A stretch of DNA of 63,323 bases, filler included, from Perkinsus chesapeaki ATCC PRA-425 (Eukaryota > Protista > Perkinsozoa): assembly GCA_013115145.1 (NCBI GenBank). It is 6 parts of 6 records of this genome, joined end to end, with 100 filler letters (N's around TTAATTAATTAA, not from the genome) between each part and the next. Parts side by side here need not be neighbours in the genome. Positions count along the whole stretch, not along the records: positions 12,087 to 39,108 come from JAAPAO010000498.1; 5 more parts are not named here. One strand, written 5' to 3'. Of this stretch, positions 12,087 to 25,516 are shown in pieces. The notes under the pieces were generated by a model. It searched no databases, was not told where the DNA came from, and worked only from the letters and a program-made list of their open reading frames with translations. Each line of letters opens with the position of its first letter. Position 1 is the first letter of the stretch. A program made the position numbers and the translations under genes.

Positions 12087-14100
12087 CAGTTCTTCGGACA
12101 TTCCAGGCAGTCGCTGATACACCTCGTTCCATTGAGACAATTCGTACTGCAGTTCGTCGTACCATTGACACAAGTGGTATTGCATCCATCAGGGCAATGG
12201 AACATGAAGCCCGCGGTTCCAGCATTACTCTCGCAAGTGCAGTTGTTCAAAAGTGGTATGTCCAACGACTCGCATGAACCAATTCGATCTCGCGGATTAT
12301 CTGGAGATGGGCACACCCTAGAGAATGCCCTATGTTCACAGCGATCTTCGAGGAAATCATGTTCACAGTCATAACCAGCTCCATCACAATACGCGATCTT
12401 GTACCTGCAGCGGCGACAGCGCTCAATAGGCGGGACTTTGTATCACTAAGAGCCACATGGCAGTAGCGAATCCAACTGTGACGTCAGGTTAATCGAGCCT
12501 GTGGCAACACCCAGAGCTCGAGACCTACTTTATTGTGCCAGAGCAGTTGCCGCCACATTCCCCAATAGGACATCCGATCTGAGTCACTCCCGGGCATTGC
12601 CACCCCAGACCCTCGCAAGCTGTTTTAGCCTCCTCAAGAACGTCGTACCTTAAGGGTGCTGTAATCAAGTACATATATAATAGCGAAAACAAACCAAGAA
12701 ATCATGAAGAAACGGAATTCACGTGGTCCAAACGTGGCTTATAATTCTTGCTCTCATTGACTTACTCAACATCTCTGAGGAACCCTGCTGCCCCATCAAA
12801 GCCAGGATTCCAATGTTGCAGGTGCCGCCGCCACACTAGGCTGTCACCCACATATCGCCAGGGGCATGACGAGTTCCGTCTAAACAGATGGACACTTTTC
12901 CCAGCACTAGGGAATTACTCTACAGAGTCTCATTAAGCGTCGCGTTACGTCGGGGAACTGGACTGTATAGGCCATAGGAACCAACTTCGATCCCTGAGAC
13001 AAGTAGAAGATACCTTCTAAAGTTAAACCGAAGCGCTTGTGGGCTCCGAGAGTATACAGGTTGCTAAATTTGTGGAAGACACGTGGCGTAAAGTTCTATT
13101 CGGGTGCGCACGTCTGTATGCTCGTACAAAACTCAGGAAATAGACCGACCTGTATCTGGATCGACACGGCCTGGTGGTAGGTATCTAAGTTACCGCCGAT
13201 TCCTGTATAAAAGTCTACTGAGGTGCTCACCTCCACTCCCAGTCACCAAAAGATGGCGTTAGGTTATAAAAGGAGGTGTTCAAGACGACACGACTGACAT
13301 GGTAGTAGTGACTCGGCATTTAGGTCGGACGGATGAGTTGGTCAACAAAGGCCTCACAAGTTATTTGATCCTCCCTGCAGTTCCAGCACTCTGCCAGAAT
13401 TACTATCAGCAACGTATCTGTATGAAGAGCGATGAGCTCAGTGTAGTTGCAGCGACTCTGTACATTGTATCATTGGAATCCAGCCATATGCTACTGGGCT
13501 GTACAATGTGGCCCAATCCACTGGCGATTGGCACACCATCGAGCAGCACTTCCGCAGTGAGGGTGGCTGCAACATGGAGAGGTGTCCAGTATGGAATTCA
13601 ATGAGCGAATTACCCCGGATGACTCGAAGCAAGCGGTGGTTGCCGGCGTCGGCAACCAGTATCTGATGTGGTGGTTGCCCGGGACACCTGCATGGGCTGG
13701 TTTGTTACCGCTCCTGATTTAGGCTCGAGAGCCACCGTGGATGGAAATTGGAGGTCAGCGGTGACGTTGGTGCCAGCTCCAGCTATAACCATACCCAGTG
13801 AGCCTGAAGGTTGCTTCTGTTGGATTCACAAGTTTCAAACCAGGAAGAACAGACATGGGAGACTCTCCCATGCCCACTCTCAGTGAGAGGGCATTATATC
13901 AGCACGGAATCGACAACCTTCTCAATAACTCACCCGTCCTGGGTGGGGCTTCGGCTAATAGACGAGGAAAATTCAATTCCCTCGTCTCAACGGGACGACC
14001 GCCGTCCCTGCAAAAAGAAGTGGGAGCCACTGAAAAGTTGGTGTCTTACTCAAGTGAGCCTGGCGGCTCTATACCGATAATACAGGGAAACAGGTGAAGG
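12087..14100 (-). CDS. Multi-exon cysteine-rich, probably extracellular protein, truncated at the contig edge; 5' limit uncertain
   Basis: Minus-strand exons YDVLEEAKTACEGLGWQCPGVTQIGCPYW and YKIAYCDGAGYDCEHDFLEDRCEHRAFSRVCPSPDNPRDRIGSCESLDIPLLNNCTCES...CPDGCNTTCVNGTTNCSTNCLNGTRCISDCLECPKN, with several NxT/S sequons. Confidence 0.5.
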
Positions 14101-14357
14101 AGATAGAGCCGTAAGATCAAAGCATGCATTTTAAACAATCTGCCTGCACCAACGGAAAATGTCATGCATCATGCGCCCCCGCGATTCCTGATACTGGTTC
14201 TCGAGCGGTCATTCAACGGATGCCACGCACAGCATATGCGCGCGGCATGGCAGCTTGGATCGGGGCAGAAGTTCTACCGGCAACAATACCACTCGAATTT
14301 TCAAAAAATTTACTGCACAAAACTCCAGCATGCAAAAGAGAACACATCAAAACGTGG

Positions 14358-16065
14358 TTACTTATACAACAAAGGCGATATGGGCTCGATTCCTCTTTGG
14401 AGAGACACAAAATAGGAACCTCTCAGTTTGTCGCCATGGCCCTCGAAAACGTCAATACAGAACTGCGCCCACCTGCTGATTGCCAGCTTGCCCTCTTCCA
14501 GGACCTGACAGCGAGAATCGGATGAAAAACAGCTTGCAAGGTCTACAAGACTGAAGATGGGAAAGGTGTGTATCATGTTCTCATAGACCTCCAGACGACA
14601 ACTATCAGCTGCCCTCTCCGCAAATGGTATGATGTCCTCCATAAACCCTTCAACTTCCCCAGCCTGAGAGACACTGACAGCACCCAGTCAGCCATCCGGT
14701 CTACCTGTAGCAGGATAGGGGTATACCCGAACGCAGGAGGGTCCAAATCGCCGAGAGTGACCGATGCCATCTCGTACTAAGAGAATTCGTTGCATGTGGC
14801 GGTTCGACGGACTCACATCCTCATCGAAGCTCAAATCCTCTCTGCTGTCGACAAGGTTCCAGTCATCCAGTTCATTGGCGTTGTCCTCAGTGGATGGCGC
14901 GTAAGGTTTGCCATATAACAAAGCCACACCGGCACTCCAGACCATCAAGTCACATAGCACGTCCCGACTCATATCATACCGATGGCCTTTCATCCCCTTG
15001 CCCAGGTCCACCACTGGTGATAGAGAGAGACAGCAAGCCGGCCTAGGCAGGTTGTAGCCGAACGCCTTCCTCGCTACACATTTTAAAAGCCCCAAGGCCA
15101 GAGCTCCACCTGCAGAGTCACCAGCGACAACGACACGCTCCGGCCTGGTGGGAAAGCGGCTTTGCTCGAGAACATATCTGTATCCTTCCGCAGCTTCCTT
15201 CATTTGCTTCGGAAATAACCCCTTTGGGGCCAAGGTGTATTCGGGAATCAGAGCGACGACTTTAACATTTCGCTTGCCCGCGGCATCTAGCTTTGTCTGC
15301 AACGCTTTAACCATAGACGCGCAAAGCTCCAAGTGGCTAGACGCGCCATCGAAGACACAGAAACCGCCGCCATGTAGGTAGTACAGGACCACATGCTCCT
15401 CGACGGGGACTCCTTCACGATCCGAGAAGGAGACCTGACTGCTGACTCAGCACTCGCTCCATGACGTTCTTACCCAAGTCCCATTTAGCGAGCTTCCGTC
15501 AAGGCAGGCCGTTTCGGTGACCAACGTGGGGTACAACAGTTTCACGAAGGGTGGCCCGAAAACCTAGCCAACCATCAATTCGGAGATCGCTCTGTTGTTC
15601 ATGGGTGCACCTTGGTGAAGCTCTCCATTACAGCCATGACCTCAACGAAATACTCAGCTCCGCCACTTGAGAAATCGGAGAACTGAGAGGAGGTCCAAGT
15701 AAACGAGAGAAAGGGTGTCCTCTACCTCTGGAGGCGGCCGTACAAACGCGGCCAACGCTAGTGACAAGGAGAGGTCGTGGCTGAAGAGGCCGTGGGATGC
15801 TAGCTGAAGGAAGCACAGATGAATTAGTTGGATCAGAAAGAAGCCTGTACTTCCGCTAAGGACCTCAGGAAGCCCTTCAAGATGTAGAAACAAGCAGCAA
15901 TATGGAGATTGCCGAGCCGCCTGCACAGGAACGATGGTGAAGGAAGTGATCCGCTAGCACTCACACTAGAAGCTCCCTCCCATCAGGACAGGTCTTCGGA
16001 TTAAGACGGTGTGCAAGGGAGACCAGGAACCTCCAGATGCGAGTGACCATACTCGAATCCAGCAT
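14358..16065 (-). CDS. Alpha/beta hydrolase fold-3 (HSL/GDXG esterase-lipase), copy 1 of 6
   Basis: YYLHGGG, GDSAGG, PILLQ|[16 protein letters not shown]; first exon [23 protein letters not shown]. Confidence 0.88.
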
Positions 16066-16212
16066 ACACAGCACAAATGTAGAAAGGCAGTAGAACTCGA
16101 TAAAGTACGAAGGGCAGATGCTGCTGCCTGGCGAAGGCAGCCAGTGTGATGATGAAAACGCAAGGCACCTCGGGTAGTGTTTTCAAAAAGGGAGAATATG
16201 GCTGGATACGTA

Positions 16213-18210
16213 TCAAGCCGACTGAGCAGTTGACCAATCTAAATCTGGATGCGCCTTGAGTCGGCCCCCAGAGCACACCGTGACACGATGCCCAAGAGGT
16301 AGCCGCTTGCGAGTTACAGCCGTAGTCGCGAAGGAAGCCCACTGTGCTATGGCCATCTTCCCCTGGGGAATCATCTGAGAGCAAGCACTCAGGGATCAAC
16401 TTAGATGACTGCCCTGCACACCCAGGAGAGCGTGGGGAAGACATGGAAGCGGTCCTCGTAGACCTCCAAGGCTACTCCGTCTCCCATTCTCTTAACAAAG
16501 GCAAGAATCTCACTGATGAACCCTTCACAGCCACCAGCCTGACAAACAGACGTTTTCTCGAGAGCATTTCAGCACGAGCTCCCACCTGGACGAGTATCGG
16601 TACACCCGCAAATGTTGAGGAGCTTCCGTCGCAATAATCAAAGGAAAAGAAAGGGTTCTGAGAAAGTGCCAGTGCCCAGACGCCGAAAAGGAGGTGTTAT
16701 TTGTTTCCACTGACTCTTTCTTGCTTCCCAAACGGAGCGCTGCCCCTGACCTTCTGCCACTCCTCCGATGCAGCCTTCACAAGCACGGTGTCTTCGTCTG
16801 GTCGATCGGCTCCGTCAACATGCTCACCAGGCCTCGAGGGTCTACCGTATAGAGAGCAGCTCGCACAGTACCACAGAAGTGAATTGGAGAGGAAACCCCT
16901 ATCAAAGTCGTATGTGCCTCGGCTGAAGCCCAAAGACAGACTGAGCATTGGCGAAGCGACGTGAGCACACACAGGACGCGGCAGTGAGGAGCTTCCGAAG
17001 GCCCCCTCAGCAAAACACTTGAGGAGGCTAAGTGTCAATGCACCACCGGCGGAGTCACCACTGACCACCACTTCGCTAGCTCGCACCGGAAAGGTTTTCT
17101 GTGACAGTATCCATTTATAGCCTGCAACCGCTTCCTCCACTTGAGTGGGAAGAACCTCTTTGGGTGCCAGGCTGTAGTCGAGGATGAAAGCCACCACCTT
17201 GTAGTCGATACGTCCAGCTGCTACCAGGTCATCTTGTAAGGCTGTCACCATCCGTGTAACCGGCTCCAAGTGGCTGGTGAGCCCATCAAAGAAACAATAG
17301 CCTCCACCGTGCAAATAGTAAAGCACAACGTACTTCTCCGGCTTACGATTGTCAGCGTGCCAAACCTGTACCACCATGACCTAGAAAAGTAGAAACACCG
17401 CCAACCGTTACCCAGAGACCATGGGGGATCCTTTCGCCCTTGACAAGCGCTGTTCTCATTGTGGGGTGAATGAGCTGGCTCAACGCTGGGCCGTAAACCT
17501 GACGTATTGACAGCACATACAGGAAAGATAACATTCGGTCAACCTTGTATGCTGCCTCCAGCACGTGGACAAGCTCCGGAGCTAGTAGGCAGTCGTCACT
17601 TGATTCAACCTCCATCTGAAAGCGTCAACAAGTAAGCTACGACGCCACTTTCGGACAACATACTTCCTTTGGAACTTTCAGCAAGTCCACAAGGAGCAGC
17701 TCCAGAGTGAATCCTTGCCATCGCAGTAAGTTCAATAACACCTGGCGAGCAGAGACAGATTAGCCTGGCCTTAGTAGTAGATACGCGATTGCTTGCCAAG
17801 CTGAACGGTTCCCAAGATTCCGCTGCAAATCCCGCAACACGTGCAAAAATACACACAAGTATACATGAATACACAAGAATACCGAATAGGCGTAGAAATG
17901 GACCTTGGCGAAGCTTCTTCAAACTTTCTAAATTAATGCTAACACATGCCGACCACCAGATACATGTATCCCAACGTGATGCCAGGCGGCTGAGATACCT
18001 CTTGGGCCACACGGATAAGATGAAGGCATACCAGGAACCTCGTACGGCAGTTCGTTCGAACAACTGACCTAATCAGAGATACAGCCAACACGCATAGCCT
18101 GAGTATCACATGAATAGTTGCGTGCCCTCGACTGATATAAAAGGGATGCTGTGGTAGGCTGCCTTGCAAATAGCAAAAACCACATTAGAAATACACGAGA
18201 GAGAACTCAT
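16213..18210 (-). CDS. HSL/GDXG alpha/beta hydrolase, copy 2
   Basis: YYLHGGGY, GDSAGG, PILVQ|AGGCEG, EDRFHVFP; first exon MSSLSC..SIPFISVEGTQLF. Confidence 0.88.
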
Positions 18211-18735
18211 ACTGCAACAAAAGGGAGTACTAAATGAAGAATACGGGCAGCTTTGCCAATGACATACAAGAGCCCATGGTGAGACTAAGCACCAGACAGC
18301 AACGAGAAAATGAACGTCATTCTGAGAATCCAAAAAAGCCGACGATTTGAGCGTGATCATCTCACGGTGCGGAAGAGTTCTCCCTCACGGTGGCAATTGA
18401 TCGCCATGTTCATGAATCTGAGTCCAAGTATAAGACACGCAGTCGATATATTAACATCGAGTGATAGGTCACCGGTAAGCCTGCGAGTGTCTGTAAAGTG
18501 CTGAATCAATTCCACTTTATACGGGAAGAGTCTATTTGATACAACACCGACCGTACTGCTTTAGCAACAGTAGAATTTACGACTGAACAAAAAGCAACAG
18601 AAGATGCAAAGTGAATTGCGAACAGCGACGTCAGGTGTATAAGAGAAGCAAGAAACAGGATAAATGGGGGAATGTCATTTACGACATCAATGCTGATAGC
18701 TGTGGTATTTAGCACTCCTACAGCAGTAAAAACAT

Positions 18736-20789
18736 TTATGCTGCCTGAGCCATAGGGGCAGTCTCTTGGAAGGACTCTACTCTATCTCTCGAGATGGCAT
18801 AGGACTTGCCAAGGGGCAGCTTTTCACCTTCGAGGGCTTTCGAAGCGAAATCGGCCCACCTGGTGATGGCGGTCTGCCCAAGAGGGACCACCTACAACGG
18901 AAAGCAAAGTCAGCTTGGAAGTAGTTGAACAGCCAAGCGGAGAAATGGACGCGGACGTACAATAGAGAACATCGGGAACACGTGGAACATGTGATCATAG
19001 ACCTCGTAACAGAGGCCCTTCTTCGCCTCCCCAGCGGCAAAGTGCTCGATATCTCCTCTCAATGCCTCGGATCCACCGACCTAAGTATCCGTATATGCGA
19101 CATCACACTAGTCAAGCTTACCTGTAATAGAATCGGCACGTTGCCGAATGCGCCCGGGTTGACTTCACCGTATGCAACCGAGAAGAGAGGATGCTGAAGG
19201 AGAGGAACATACAGGCGGTCACCAACAATGAATGGGTTTACCTTCTCCATCCTGTGATCAGGCGCCATCTCTCTAACCCTCACCCATTCCTTATCATTGA
19301 AGCTGCCAGCCTTCTGGACATAGCTATCACTCTCTAATGGATGGTTCATGGTATCCAACCTCTCCCCAGGATGGGAAGGTCTTCCATACAGCACGCATGC
19401 ACAGTACCAAATCATGCTGTTCGACAAGATATCGTGACTGATGTCATAACCTTTCCGAGCGACGGCGAATGAGAAATCCACGCAGGGATCCAATGCCAGA
19501 CAGCACGCGGGGCGAGGCAGGTCGTGACAGAAATCATTATCGGCTAGACATTTGAGCAAACCCAAGGACAATGAGCCACCGGCCGAATCACCACCGATGA
19601 CGATGCGATCGCTCCTCACTGGAAAGCGGTTTTGAGATAAGAGGAACTCGTAGCCGTTCACGACTTCTTGCAATTGGGTCGGTAGGATCTTCTCGGGCGC
19701 TGGGTCGTAGTTAATAATGTACCCCACAACAACCACGTTACTCCAGCCATCAGAACGTAGCCTCGTCTGCAGTGTCTCGACCATATTAGTAACAAGTTCC
19801 AAGTGACTTGTTACACCGTCAAAGAAACAGTATCCACCACCATGAATGTAATAGAGGACAACGACATCCTTAGACTTTATAGCTTCATCAGAGCTCCATA
19901 CCTGAAAGCGCTCGATTGGTTTCCAGCAGCACTCGAGCAGCGCAGAGACGTTGCTATCGTTAGAAAATTGACTATATTATATAAACTAGAATGACCCACA
20001 ACACCCATTCTTACGGCTGGTGAGAAATCTTATAAAATGTATGTGTGATATAATTTTGTGGATGGGTTTACTAAACTACATCTTGGACTGAGCTATATCA
20101 TGGACTAAAGTATCGTTGAAGTACTTATAGCATATACGGGCCAACCGATGCGGCAAAATCTACGTTAAACATCCTACCCACAGACCGCTACTCAGTTTGT
20201 CACTTGCAGGGATCTCCTCTGTCTTCATATGAGGATGACGGAAGTAGGCGTACGCGGGAAGATAGCACTGCAAAAGAAAATGTCAAAACTCTACGATCCT
20301 CGGCTCCTTCGACTACACTCACCTTGCACAGTGCATCGCCGACTCTCATTATTTCGGGAACCAACTCACTGTCATCACTGGAGGCATCGTTGAACTGAAG
20401 CATCATCAAATACTGTATTCAATCTTACAGCAACCATGACCCTCAGCCTTACCTCCTTTGGCATCTGCAACAGTTTCGCAACGACCACCTCGCCAGTAAC
20501 AGGTTCACGCTTCACAAACATCCACAATAGCTACAAGACAGAGGCGATCGATGATCTCGGAGTGCCATGCACAGAAGCCTACTGCAATGCTCTCTTCTAT
20601 GAGATGCTTGATCATCAGATACCAGGCCCTCAAACTAACTCCCCAGAACGACCTAACACCAGGCATCATTTCAGAATGCGCGGATGAAGCTATGATATCC
20701 TACCTGATCAATTCTGTTCCTTGTGGGGTTAGGAACGGTATCGACCTCAAAGCCGCCTGTAACAGGACAGCAAAAGCCTTGTAGGACAT
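18736..20789 (-). CDS. HSL/GDXG alpha/beta hydrolase, copy 3
   Basis: YYIHGGGY (about 19830-19860, upstream of the ORF-track start), GDSAGG, PILLQ|VGGSEAL, DHMFHVFP; first exon MSYKAF..RSIPFLTPQGTELI. Confidence 0.88.
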
Positions 20790-21120
20790 TAAACAAATCA
20801 ATAAAAAGAAACTTGTCCGGCAAAGTGCAAGAAAAGGACAAGGCCAATTTGTGCACCTTAGTAGTACCAATAGCTGACTAAGAAGTGTAAGGACTTACGA
20901 CACCTGCAAACTCTACACTTTAGATTAGTGAGTCTACGGTGTAAACTAGTAGGGCGCAGAAGGCGAAAACAAATCACTTGGGAATGAATCTCAATAGGCA
21001 GCTAGGCAACCCCAGCAGACACCATTCTGACAGGAGTATTGCCCAAACTCATTAGTCTCCCAGATCAGCGGCACCGCCTGCTGTCCGACAGGGGGCATAT
21101 TTGGTGATGGCATTCCAGGC

Positions 21121-22929
21121 TTATAGGCTCTCGACTCTCTTCTCGGATACAGCATAAGATTTGCCGATGGGAAGTTTCTCTCCCTTGAGCGCCTTGGACG
21201 CGAAATTGGCCCAGCGGTTCACGGCGATTTGACCAAGAGGAACGAACTACCAAAAAACTATTGCATCCAAGCAGTTTCTCTGCTGGAGATAAGACTATTG
21301 CAACGAGACGTGTGGTTGATGACATTATACAGGTCGAGGACTCACCTTCGAGAATACAGGGAATACGTGGAACATGTCCTGATAGACCTCAAAACAGACA
21401 CTGTGCCTAGCCTTATCTGCAAATCTGCTTATATCCCCATGCAGTGCCTCAACGCTTCCAGCCTGGCATTAGAAATACACAGCAAGAATGATGCTATAGA
21501 CGAAAAAGCTCACCTGAACTAAGATGGGCACATTGGCGAAGGCCTCAGGGTTAAGGTCACCATCAATGACAGAGAAGAGAGGGTGCTACAACGAGAACGC
21601 ATTTCCAGAATTCGGCAACCGATTGCTCACTTTGTCCATCCTGTGACCAGGCGCCATCTCTCTAACCCTGACCCATTCCTTATCATTAAATCTGCCAGCC
21701 TTCTGGACATAGCTATCACTCTCTAATGGATGGTTCATGGTATCCAACCTCTCACCAGGATGGGAAGGCCTTCCATACAGCACGCACGCGCAGTACCATA
21801 GCATTATGTTGGAAAGAAGGTCGTGACTCGTGTCGTAGGATTTACGCGCAACCGAATATCCGAAGTCGACGAATGGATTAAGGGCTAGGCAGGACGAGGG
21901 GCTGGGTAAGTCTTTGCAGAAATAGTTTCCGGCTAAGCACTTCAGAAATCCGAGCTCGATTCCGCCGCCAGCCGAGTCCCCACCAAGAACGATGCGGTCA
22001 CTTTTCACTGGGAACCGCGTTTGAGACAACAAGAATTTGTAGCCGTTGACGACCTCCTGGAGCTGCGTTGGGAATATCTTCTCGGGCGCCAAGCTGTACT
22101 CTATTATATACGCCACAACAGCCACGTTCTCCCAGCCATCAGAACGCAGCTTCTTCTGCAGTGTCTCCATCATATTAGTGGCAAGTTCCAAGTGGCTTGT
22201 AACACCGTCGAAGAAGCAGTATCCGCCACCATGAATGAAATAAAGTACAACATGCTCCTTATCGTCAACCGGTCCTTCAGAGCTCCACACCTACCCCGGA
22301 GTGATGCAAAAGATCCTCATGGGCAGTTCCACCTTACCCATATGCCTCTGTTGCAGCCCTTAGTTGCCGGAACCATCTCAGTGTGAACCTTGGGGTGGCG
22401 GAGGCGTACAACTGCCGGTTTGAGCACCTTCCAAAGGGCCTCAGATACGCGACAAGATGCCCTCAAGTACCTTTCCGAGCGCCTCTACGACACGCATGAC
22501 CTCTGGAAGATACTCGCCATCGTAGCTAGACTCCTCGTTGAACTGAACACAGCAGAGTAAAAGTGACGCTTCCCTCCAGGCCCCCCAATGGTACTTCGTC
22601 TGGCATCTGAATGAGTCTGGTGATAACGTCTTCCGGCTTGATGGGTTTGCCTGTGCAAGCCATCCAGCACAGCTACAAATAAAACACAGTGCATCTTCTT
22701 GTGTCAGCGCTCACTGCTCTCCTACCTGGACTACAGCTCCAATCAAATGCTTAACCATAAGATACCATGCTCTGAAGCTGACGCCCCAGAATGCTCTGAG
22801 ACAGAAGCTGTCAAGTTGCGTCCATCAGATCGCGTTAGCTTACTTGAATAGCTCTGTCCCTTCGGGCGTAAGGAAAGGTATTGACTGATACCATGCATGC
22901 AGCAAAACGCGCAGAGTCGCGCACGACAT
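21121..22929 (-). CDS. HSL/GDXG alpha/beta hydrolase, copy 4
   Basis: YFIHGGGY, GDSAGG, PILVQ|AGSVEAL, QDMFHVFP; first exon MSCATL..QSIPFLTPEGTELF. Confidence 0.88.
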
Positions 22930-23453
22930 TGGAAATTAAAACGAGTGAATAAATCAAGCTGTGTTTGAAAGATACGAGGTGAATATGATGATGGAGTGAA
23001 GCCCTACACAGAGTTACTTCAGGCTTTCAAGTTTTGTTTAGGAAACGAAGACAAACACCGTACAGTTGCACAAAAAATTGCACGCATGCGCAGCTCGCCA
23101 AACCCCGTCTTCCTCCGCTCCACCCTTGTTTCGCGTACTAAGCATGAGCTATGCGTCACAGTCTAGCCTGCAAGGGTCTGTTAGCCTTGTGTCCCGTGTA
23201 TGAGCGGATGTACTGGAACAACATAAAACCCTTCAAAACCCGTTGATTGAAACGTGCTGTATTTTACGTAAAAGGTGCTACGTTACGGGAAGACGGCACA
23301 ATATGAGAATTGTCGTTAGTTGCCGATCCGAGCGGTTGCTCACGAACCAGAAGTAAGCAAATAGTGTGTACATAGCTGAGAGTGGAAGAGAAACTTCCCG
23401 TACACTACAACTGGGTGATAAGCTCACTGTTGCAGTAAGCCACTTAGGAATTT

Positions 23454-25365
23454 TTAGTCTTGCTCATACGTACCGACCCATTCAGCAGAGCGACCCGTGA
23501 GGTCGATGCTGATAGAATGATTCATTGGCCACATTCCCTCTGAATAAGAACGGCCTATGGGAATCCTTTGAGGAGCTCCGAAGACATCCGACACAAACCG
23601 GCCCATGTGTCTCAAGGCCAGCTGGGAGTGAGATAGACTCTGAAAACAAAGTAATGGTTAAGTCATCGAATGCCCTTTCGTCGGTACCGAATGCATTTGG
23701 AAGCAGTGGAACATGTTCTCATACATCTCCAACATAACGGAGCCACTCGCACTTTCGCTAAATGCTGCTATCTCCTCAGCCATGCTCTCTGACCCCCCCG
23801 CCTAACAGGGCCCACGTCATTTGTAACTCGGCAACGAATCGCTTACTTGGACCAGGATTGGAACGTTCCCAAATGCTGTCGGGGAGAGATCTCCACACGC
23901 ACAAGAGAAAAGCGGATTCTGCAAGGGTGAGATAACTCGGGAAAATACAATGCGATAGGGCACCGACCTCCTCTGGATGGCCCGATGGCGACTGGGCCCG
24001 CACGCTACTCCACTCTTTATCTGCGAAATTTCCGCTCTTCTGTACATGGTTGCTCATCTCTCCTGGTCGATCTCGACCATCCATTCTTTCCCGAGGCTTC
24101 GACGGGCGCCCGTACAAAGCGCAACTGGCAGCGTGCCAGAGTGCCGCGTTAGACAAGGCGTCTCTGCTCATGTCCAGAACACGGCGACCTAGTCCGCCAC
24201 GCAGATTGACAATCGGTGACATGGTAATGCAGCACCCGGGGTGTGGTAAGTGGCTCGCAAAATGATTTAGTTGAAGACATTTCAAGACACCCAAGCATAG
24301 ACTGCCTCCTGCTCCGTCGCCAGCCAGGACTATTCGGTTCGCTTCTACTGGGTACTTATCTTGTGACAAAATATATCTATACACGTTAACCGCTTCAAGA
24401 AGCTGAGTCGGCAATATGGCTGCTGGTGCCAGAGAATAGTTGACAATAAGACCGACGACTTTCACGCCCACCATTCCGCCGTCTCGGAGCTCTCTTTGAA
24501 GAGCCTCAATCATTCGAGCGACGAAATGGCGATGCGTAGAGACACCATTCAAGAAGCAGTAGCCGCCGCCATGAATATAATAGAGCACGACATACTGGCT
24601 GACAGGCAGCTCATACCGTTCCTCAAGGCGGACCTGGTCATACCATATTTCCACTTATCCTGGCTAGAGGGTGGCCTACCCAGAGCCGTTCAGGTAAATC
24701 TCCTGTGCGCGGCATTGTCTTTGTTTTCAAGCCAGGGAATGCGGCACGAGCTAGCACGGAATCGTATGCCTGAATGTGGCAAAAATGAGCAAGCCGCGTT
24801 ATGGGTTACAACGCCAGACCTCTGTCACCGCAGCTCGCAGTCGCATATAGCTTCCTATCAGCCTCGACCTACGTTTCCACTCGATGTCAAACTGCTAAAG
24901 AGTACAGGGACTTCAACTACGCTTCGACCTACTTCTTCAGGAGGTTTGGTGAATAGCGCCAATCGCTCCTCCGGGCGAAGACGGCGACGGGTGAGCCGTG
25001 CCCATAGTAACTGATATCATCGGCGATGCTATTGTTTGGTAGGGCTACAAGTTCAGCCGTCGTTCCCGTGGCAATTGCCCGACGCTGTACGTAAAATATC
25101 GTTCACTACATAGCAGCCAACAAGTACGCTGCATTATTAATAAATGAGACGCTAGAGGGTTGCTTACAGTAAAAGCTATACGGATCCACTTGAGACCCAG
25201 ATAGAACCATACCCAGACATTGGTGCTGATAATGACACTAAAAAAGCATCAAAACTATCTACGAGGGCTCCTTTACCTCCAAAGCCGAGACCCCTGGGGC
25301 GACCAGAGAGGCGTCGATCGCTGCAAAAGCTTCGCCCATAATAAAAACTTTCTTCTTGCGGGCAT
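23454..25365 (-). CDS. HSL/GDXG alpha/beta hydrolase-fold protein, copy 5, nucleophile motif GDGAG (Ser to Gly)
   Basis: YYIHGGGY, AGDGAGG, PILVQ|AGGSES, ENMFHCF; first exon MPARRK..RSTPLWSPQGSRL. Confidence 0.85.
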
Positions 25366-25516
25366 AGAGTACTATAAAGTCCCAACACCCAGCATCCTAA
25401 AGCATTTACGTTACTTGACATAACAGGAATAAGAGCTGAAGCCAAAAGCTTATGAAAACTGATCTTTAGGGGTATAAGTAAATAAGTGACTATCAACTTG
25501 AAGCACCCAGAGATGG

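Noticed and set aside
11847-12316. ORF-track entries spanning N runs or linkers (also 39153, 47584, 55636, 57619, 57621)
   Set aside because: They read through unknown bases or end in the artificial TTAATTAATTAA stop.
18506-18715. Hydrophobic 69-aa ORF as a C-terminal membrane anchor of hydrolase copy 3
   Set aside because: Copy 3 stops at 18736 (..APMAQAA*) in a different frame.
22890-22902. CATGCATGCA, an ApiAP2-like site
   Set aside because: Falls inside the first coding exon of hydrolase copy 4 (LHAW codons).
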